From the NCBI RefSeq assembly GCF_018350175.1, contig NC_058368.1, positions 110,486,001-110,550,000 on the forward strand: DNA of 64,000 nucleotides, in the 5' to 3' direction. This DNA comes from Felis catus. Taxonomy: Eukaryota. A model generated the notes under the pieces. The model was given only the letters and a program-made list of their open reading frames with translations, did no database searches and had not been told where the DNA came from. Positions 57,281-64,000 of the stretch are shown piece after piece. Each line of letters begins with the position of its first letter. The first letter of the stretch is position 1. Made by a program: the position numbers and the translations under genes.

Positions 57281-57396
57281 GGTCACCTGGCTGGTTCAGT
57301 CAGTAGAGCATGCGACTCTTGATCTCAAGGTCATGATTTCAAGCCCCTTATTGTGCATGGAGCCTACTTTAAAAAAAAATAAAAATAAAAAAATAA
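57281..57396 (+). mobile_element. Short old Can-SINE (SINEC_old-like, tRNA-Lys-CTT-derived)
   Basis: 'cctggctggttcagtcagtagagcatgcgactcttgatctcaaggtcatgatttcaagcccc' followed by 'gagcctactttaaaaa' A tail. Confidence 0.85.
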
Positions 57397-58084
57397 GACC
57401 AATGTTTCCTGTGCTGTAAAAAGTTCTGTACTGATGTGAAGAATAATAATAGTAACAATAGGTGCAGAACATTGAAAGTTACTGTGTCAAGCGCTGTGCT
57501 AAGCATTTAGCATTGACCTCATTTAAATAAAAAATTATCTTTTTTTCTGTATTTTCCATATTATTATAGAATAAGGAAAAAACATTAAACGGTACTAAAA
57601 ATTAAAAAGTATAATCTATATTTGTTGACTTTAAAAGGTATTTTTGATATATTTAAAAAAATTTTTAAAGTAAGCCACCAAATAATATGTAGTTAGAGCC
57701 TGTTTTGGAAAATAGGGAAAGACTGGAATGAAATACCATAAAAATTACCTCTGGGGGAAGGATTATGAGTGATTCTTTTTCTTTTGACTTGTCATTTTTT
57801 TCTGATTTTTCTATACTGAACATAAATTATTTATGTAAAAATACAAAACAACTTGTAAAAAACAAAAAAGTGAATTGAGAAGGATCCAGGTGGTTCAGGC
57901 AGGTTTGCTCTTACTACCAAATAAAAGTCACCTAGACTAGCTCCTGACCTTCTGAAAAGAAATAAACACCTCAACATTACATAGCATTGCTGCCTGCAAG
58001 AACACACTGCCTGGATCCCAGGACTCCATGATGACCAGGGACACACCTTTAACACATATGATATTCATACTACAATGTGATATA

Positions 58085-58413
58085 AATATCCAATGTGATG
58101 GTATCTGGAGGTGGGATCTTACAGAGGTAATTAGGTTTAGATGAGGTCATGGGGAGTGGAGCCCCCGTGATATAATTAGTGTCTTTATACAAACAGGAAA
58201 CAAAACACCAGGACTCCCTCTCTTTCCACAGCGTTTGAACACAGCAAGAAGGTAGCCATCTGCAAGATAGGAAGAGAGTCCTAACCAGAAACCAAATCTA
58301 CCAGCACCTTGATCTTTGACTTCCCAGCCACCAGAACTATGAAAAAAATATGTCTGTTGTTTAAGCCTCACAGTTTATGGTATTTTGTTCTAGCACCCCA
58401 GGTTGACTAACAC
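58085..58413 (+). mobile_element. MaLR solo LTR (MLT1A0-like)
   Basis: 'ccaatgtgatggtatctggaggtggg...gtaattaggtttagatgaggtcatg...gcaccttgatctttgacttcccagcc...tgttgtttaagcc...gactaacaca'. Confidence 0.88.
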
Positions 58414-58419
58414 AGAGGT

Positions 58420-59900
58420 AATTTTCTTTCACCATGAATAACATCATTTCACTGCCTTCAAGTTTCCATCCTCTCCTTGGAAACCAGTATCATGCTCAGT
58501 GTTGCTCTGCAAAGGTCCTTTTTCCCTCTGAACGCTTCACTTTTCATGTCCAACAGTTTCCAAAAGATTCCCTTTTCACTTCCAACAGTTTCACTGCAAT
58601 ACACCTAAGTGTATGCCTTTCAATTTATTGTACCTAGGGTTCATAATGCTTCTTGAGTCTGTGGCTGGATGTTTCTGTCAGTTTGGAGAAATTCTTGTCC
58701 ATTATCTTTCCAAATACTGCTTCTACTCCCTGCCCTCCTCTTTCTGGGACTCCATGACAAATGTCAGACCGTTTCATTATATCCCATGTCTGTTATGCTC
58801 TTTTCTGTATTTTCTATCATTTTTTCCTACCCTTCAAATGAGATATTTTCTACCCATCATTCTTCCAGTGTGCCAATCTGCTCTTCCACTATATCTAATA
58901 TGCAGTTAAATCTCTCTCTTAAAGTCTCAGTTATTGGTTTCACAATTCCCAAATTGCCATGTGACTATTTTACAGTTTCCAATTCTTGGGAGGAATTCTC
59001 TCTGTTGCCATTAAATTCTTGAACATATTAATTACAGTTGGTTAAAGTCCATGCCCGATCATTTCAGTTGCCAGACTCCCTTCAAGTCTATTTTATCATA
59101 TATTTTTTCTTGGCTTTTAGTCAGCTCTTGTCTTGTATACACCTAGTTATTTTTTTTAAGTTTATCTATTTTGAGAGAGGGAGAGACAAAGCATGTGTGC
59201 ATGTGCCAGTGGAGCAGGGGCAGAGAGAGAGGGAGAGACAGAATCCCAAGCAGGCTCCACACTGTCAGTGCAGAGCCCAACTCAAGGCTCAAATCCATGT
59301 ACCATGAGATCATGCCCTGGGGCCGAGATCGAGTTGGACGCTTAACCGACTGAGCCACCCAGGTTCCCCTACACCTAGTTATTTTTTAGTAAATTCCAGA
59401 TAGTGTAGAGATAACATGAGTTTCCAGATCATGTTGCCTTGCTGAAAAGAAAATTCATTTTTGTTTCTGATAACAGACACAGTAGGGACAGATAACCTTA
59501 CCCCAGTCAGTGGCTGAGCTGATTTAAAGGCAGGCTTCAGCTGGTCTGAGGGCTGACATTTTTTAGGTTCACCTTTACTATTATTCAGGAACTACAGCTC
59601 AAAGTTTGGGGATTTTACCAGGGCTCTTCCTACTTGGTGGGACCTGAACTGCAAATCTTCCCTCAGAGACCCATGAAAATTCTAAAAGCTATGCTCAACT
59701 TCTCAGCTATTCAGCAGCCACTTTCTGCTCCACCCCTCAGCATCTGAGTCCACAACTAACCTGAGGGTAAAAGTAGCACCAAAGGTCTGGCTCTCCTTTT
59801 GGGGTTTCCCTTCTTTCAAGAATACTGGCTCCCTTGAGCCAAGACTTTGTTGTTGTGCTAGCTTTCCAAAGCCTTCAACAGGTTGCATTAATTTTGTGGA
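58420..59900 (-). mobile_element. Old L1M 5'/ORF1-region remnant, interrupted by a SINE
   Basis: 'cagtttcactgcaatacacctaagtgt', 'gcttcttgagtctgtgg', 'tttggagaaattcttgtccattat', 'tctgggactcca' resemble antisense L1ME ORF1. Confidence 0.65.
59155..59369 (-). mobile_element. Can-SINE, older subfamily
   Basis: TSD tacacctagttattttt at 59138-59154 and 59370-59386. Confidence 0.93.
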
Positions 59901-59902
59901 GC

Positions 59903-60487
59903 TGTATTCTAGTAATTATGACTGCGTAACAAATTCCCCCAAAATTCAGTGGCTTCAAATAAAGAACAAGCACTTATTATCTCTCACAGTGACTATGGTC
60001 AGGAATTCAGAAACAGTTCAGCTGGGCGATTCTGGCCTGCCCATATAAGGCTGCAGTGATATGGTGTCTTTGGCTAGGCTCCTTCACTCACATGCCTGGT
60101 ACCTAGTCTGGAAAGACTGAAATAGCCAGGCATTTGGCTCCTCAGGCATCTCTCACTCCATGTAGCCTCTCCGTGTGACTGCTACAACATGGAGGCTTCA
60201 GGTTAGTTAGACTTCTAAGTCACACCAGGGCTCCCATGGCAAGAGAGAAAAGGGGAGGCAGCGGAAACTTTTATGATGTAGTGTCAGAAGTCACACAGCT
60301 TCACTTATACCACATTCTCTTCATCCAGACTATTACAAAGGTCCATCCATGTTCAAGGGAAAGAAACATAAAACCCACCTCTCAGTGCAGGAGTGTCAAC
60401 GCCATGTGGTAAGAAGATATAACATGCGTGGGCATGCAGTGTGGAATAGATGTTGATATGGCCATCTGGAAAATATAATCTACCACA
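59903..60487 (-). mobile_element. MaLR solo LTR (MLT1F/G/H-like)
   Basis: 'gcgtaacaaattcccccaaaattcagtggctt', 'ttattatctctcacagt', 'cagaagtcacacagcttcactt', end 'ggccatctggaaaatataatctaccaca'. Confidence 0.8.
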
Positions 60488-62899
60488 GCTTCTCTACTTG
60501 TTGTTGATAGCAGGTTGGTCCAAAAGAGACTAGAATGTCATTTCCAAACATAGTAATTCCTTCTCTATTAACTTGGAGTTGTCTTTAATTAAGGTAGGAC
60601 TGCCATGACTATGTTTTGGTGAAGGACATCTCTGGTTTTGGAGTTCTTCCTTTAGTTCAGCTAAACCCACCTTCCAGTAGGCACCGCTTATCAGATCAGT
60701 ATTGGGCAAATCTTCTCAGAGACCCAGTGAGAGGTCAGGCACCACTTTCGCAAGGCTTTGGCCACTCTAACTGACACAACCTGACTCTCCTGCTACCGAC
60801 TCAGACTCACTCCTATGACTGGTTTCTCCAACCCAACATAGTAAAGAAAATCCAAACTGCTTCTCCATGATCTTGTCTATCCTTGCTTTATTCCCTCAGC
60901 TCAGTACTTCCCACAGACTGTCCTGTAAAAACTCTGATCCCACATGATGTGAATTCTGTTAAAAAATATATATATACAGAGAACTGTACATATTATTTCT
61001 CCCCTCTTCCAGATTCTTAATGCATATTAACATACAGCCTCTGAAAAGTGCTGCAGCAAAGGTATTTGTTTAATTTTTTTTCATCCTTGTCTCGTGAATT
61101 TATTTAATCATGGAAAATGGATTTGGGGGAGGTTATTCTTTTATTAGCAGGATGCCAATTAACACCCCATAAACATTATATAGAACATATCAACATCTTA
61201 TAGAACATCCACAGACTTCTGATTCCATCTCTGCTCTCGTGGGACTGTGGAACCAAGCTGTTTATAATAAAATATTCGTCTCAAATTGCCTAGTGGGAGC
61301 GAGGTCATGGCTGATCACTCTTTTGCTCGGTGGGATGCATTTCTGGGTGTTTGGAAGCAAAAAGATGGGCCGTGTACCATTTTCCAAATTAGGCTGATGA
61401 ATGCATCAACCTTTTCCACCTGCCAGTAACACAACAAGAAGTTTTTAAAAGGCTTGTGTTTAGTGTTTGCCAATACACATGGGGCCATTAGCCAGTTGGC
61501 AGGCTTTGTGCAAGCTTCTTTTCTGCCAGCTTGTAGGGAGCTGCCCACTCCCTAGCTGAGAGCCACGATCAATGCCCCTTCAGTGCTCAAGGACTGCAGG
61601 GGTGAGGGGTGGAGGAGCAAATGGGTTTGATGAGGGAGTGAGAAGCAAGGAGAAAGGGACAAAGCCTTCCTTCTAACCTCTGCTGGGAAGAGTTCTCCCA
61701 CTCGAAGCCTCATTCCAGGCAGCGCTGCCTATCTGTTCTCCCAATCTCTTGATAATTTAGATGTGCTTCCCATTGAGAGCTGAGTTGTTTAATAAAGCAA
61801 AGACAATCGACTCTTCCTCAGTGTTATAATAGCCTCTCTGTGTGTTTACTTGAGAACAAACGCTGTTATAATTTCTTCAGGGAATCAATATCTTCCAGCG
61901 CATATGCACTGCCCTATTGGAGGTTCAGATTGTGTAAGGAGAGAAGGGGAAATTTATTGCCTTGTAAATGCTGGCAGAAGGTGGGAGGTTTAGTGAGAGC
62001 TGTAATTAAAGTTTTGCTGATAATAAAAAATGGAGGCAATAAACAATCACACAGATTTTCCAGTCCTCAGCTCTAGAATGGCTAAACCATCACGGGGTTC
62101 TGGACACTTGCTAGTCTCTGCCTCTGAAAGTGAAGGTCGATGGGGCCCCAGAGGCTGCCAGCTCCCGGACCCTTGAGATGCCCTCCACATGCTCACAGGC
62201 CCGGCAAGCCACAGTCACTCACTTTTCGATCTGCTCTCTTCAACTTCAGGGCAGCAGGCGGCAGGCCAACCTTTGTTTTATGGACTACTTCCAAGGCTGG
62301 CTATTTAAGCCCAAACACTGCCAGGCTGGCAGTCTACACAGGAGTTGAGATCAGGACACACAACCTGGAGGCAAGGATGTGAACTCCAAAAATAACTGAA
62401 GTGTAAAGGTAAATGAATCATTTCCTATCAACCATCCTGAAAGGGCCCCTCTCTCCAGAAACCCTGCTCACGTTCCCCAGAGGAGCACATGAGGATTTCC
62501 CCAAAATGACTGCTTATCTCTCCGTTCTCAACTGAGCACTGGCTGTGCAGTTTTGTGTCTGCTCTGGGTTAGACAGAGGCAGGGGAACTGCATGGTTGGG
62601 GGGCCATGGGGGAACGGAGACCTCCTAGTACCCACAGGAGGCTAAGCTAATGCTGTCTATGTCCACAAGGTTCCACTGACCTCCTGCCACTGGGCTGAGG
62701 TCTGCACTGCCTTTTCCAAGCAGGATACAATCACAGTCACCTCTCCCCAAAATCTCTGGTCAAAAGCATGTCAGGATACAGAGGAATAAGGAAGGCAGTT
62801 TCTCAGGCTCATAGTGATGGAGACATCATCGAGGCTTCCTTGGTAATGGGCACCAAATAAGATCAAATGGCCAGAGGAAAACCAGAAAATATCTGTACT

Positions 62900-62922
62900 C
62901 ACAAGCACAAGCACAAGCACAA
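62900..62922. repeat. (CACAAG)n hexamer repeat, about 4 units
   Basis: cacaagcacaagcacaagcacaa. Confidence 0.85.
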
Positions 62923-63159
62923 CCCCTCCTCCCAGGCTGAGTCCCCAAAGAGGAGGAACTTTGTCTATAACCTCTGTCTCCATCCCCTCAATAAATACTC
63001 ACTGAGCCCCTGCTACCTGTCACACATGGTATCACCAACCCCAGAACCACACACTTGCAGAAAGAACAAACAAGTTAGCAAATTAACCTCAATATCAGCC
63101 AGGAGGTTCCCCTGAGAATACAAGAGTCTGAATCCTTCTCGAAGTAACAATATTCTGCA

Positions 63160-63400
63160 GAATAAGCACCTACTATGTGCCAGACAGTATACAAAGTCCT
63201 TTACAGATGTTCATTTTCTCTTTTGGTCCTTATAACCAACTCCTGGGAGGTAGAGGTGGTAGTCGTCTCTGGGAGCTGAGGGCAGTAAGACTCGAAGAAA
63301 TCAATGCCTCTGGGGTCAATGTCACCCAGGAAGCACAGTGCAGGGTCGGGTATAAACCCATGGCACTTACGCTCCAAAACCCATGTTCTTTCTCTCATGC
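63160..63400 (-). mobile_element. MIR
   Basis: 'agcacctactatgtgccagacagt...tctcttttggtccttataaccaactcctgggaggtag'. Confidence 0.65.
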
Positions 63401-64000
63401 CATGCTCCCTGTCACCGGTGCAACAGGGAGTCTCTCACCTATCCCCACGTGTCTTCTACTTCCCAGGGTCTGCTGTAGTGGGGGCAAGAAGGGGTGGTAG
63501 AAGGCACAAAGAGAGGGTCAGATGAGGGTCCCTGAGAAGGCTTGGAGGAAAGAAGGGCTGACCCTTCAGACGAGAGCCACAGAGAAGCAGGGAAAGGAGC
63601 AGGACCAGAGCTCAAGAAAAGCAGGTTTGCAGGGCTTATGTGTTCATAGGAAACAGACCTGGCTGGACTACAGCTCCTGGAAGCTCTATACTTTTGTCTC
63701 CTGTCTAGTGTTGTGTCCTCTAGCCCTCCTCTCCAGCATTCCAAAGCCTAAGAGCTCACTGGGGGCTTCAGTGCGGTCACCTTCCCAGAATGCATGCTCC
63801 CCCGCTGGAGTGGCCACAGCCCAAACTCCTCCATCCCAGGGACTGGGGCTCCACCAGCCAGTACCAGGCACACCTATCCTTTCCAAGGCTGAGCCATTGG
63901 CAGCAGACTCAGCTAAGCACAGAGGGACAGAGCACAGGGTGAGGCACAAAGTCTGGCTGTGTCCAGCGGCACAGCCCTCTGCTAGGTGCACCTGTTCTGA

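Larger units (their letters stand above)
56395..57870 (+). mobile_element. Old L1ME 3' region (ORF2 tail + 3' UTR), interrupted by SINEs and a MIR piece
   Basis: 'aaatgttcaacatcacta', 'ggcaatgtggcaatat', 'catgccctttgacc', 'gcagcattgttt', 'atacaatggaatactattctgctattaaaa'. Confidence 0.75.

Noticed and set aside
57281..57355. tRNA-Lys(CTT)-like sequence (also at 18806)
   Set aside because: Degenerate stems and B box, followed by a SINE-type tail and poly(A); a short Can-SINE, not a functional tRNA gene.
433..59358. Many ORFs starting MAQSV.../MVQSV... or containing 'EPGACFRFCVSLSL'
   Set aside because: They are translations of Can-SINE bodies, not genes.
1..64000. A novel multi-component biological system
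   Set aside because: No intact coding genes, no new repeat-plus-ORF architecture and no RNA-gene cluster; the content is explained by known eutherian and carnivore repeats plus unique non-coding DNA.

Overview
Mammalian (carnivore, most likely felid) non-coding genomic DNA, either intronic or intergenic. The taxon call rests on 23 tRNA-Lys-derived Can-SINEs, most with feliform-type diagnostic sequence. I found no host protein-coding exon that I can support; nearly all ORFs in the supplied track are SINE, microsatellite, L1 or chance read-throughs. Main content: (1) a full-length but inactivated LINE-1 on the minus strand (27586-34210, perfect 15-bp TSD, disrupted ORF1/ORF2, RT motif FADD mutated to FADG); (2) Can-SINEs of about four age classes, including two very young copies; (3) old eutherian repeats (MaLR/ERVL LTRs, MER53, MER33, MER58B, MER94, MER5, L2, MIR, L1M), often nested; (4) microsatellites; (5) several repeat-free, homeodomain-motif-rich blocks that look like conserved enhancers. 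The least explained items are an apparent 5'-truncated processed pseudogene of an unidentified gene hidden inside an MLT2 LTR (about 19498-19838, minus strand) and a 55-bp near-perfect local duplication (36348-36402 and 38391-38445) carrying CCAAT/PBX, GATA and CACCC motifs. I see no evidence for a new multi-gene biological system. Repeat family names come from recalled consensus sequences and need RepeatMasker/Dfam confirmation.
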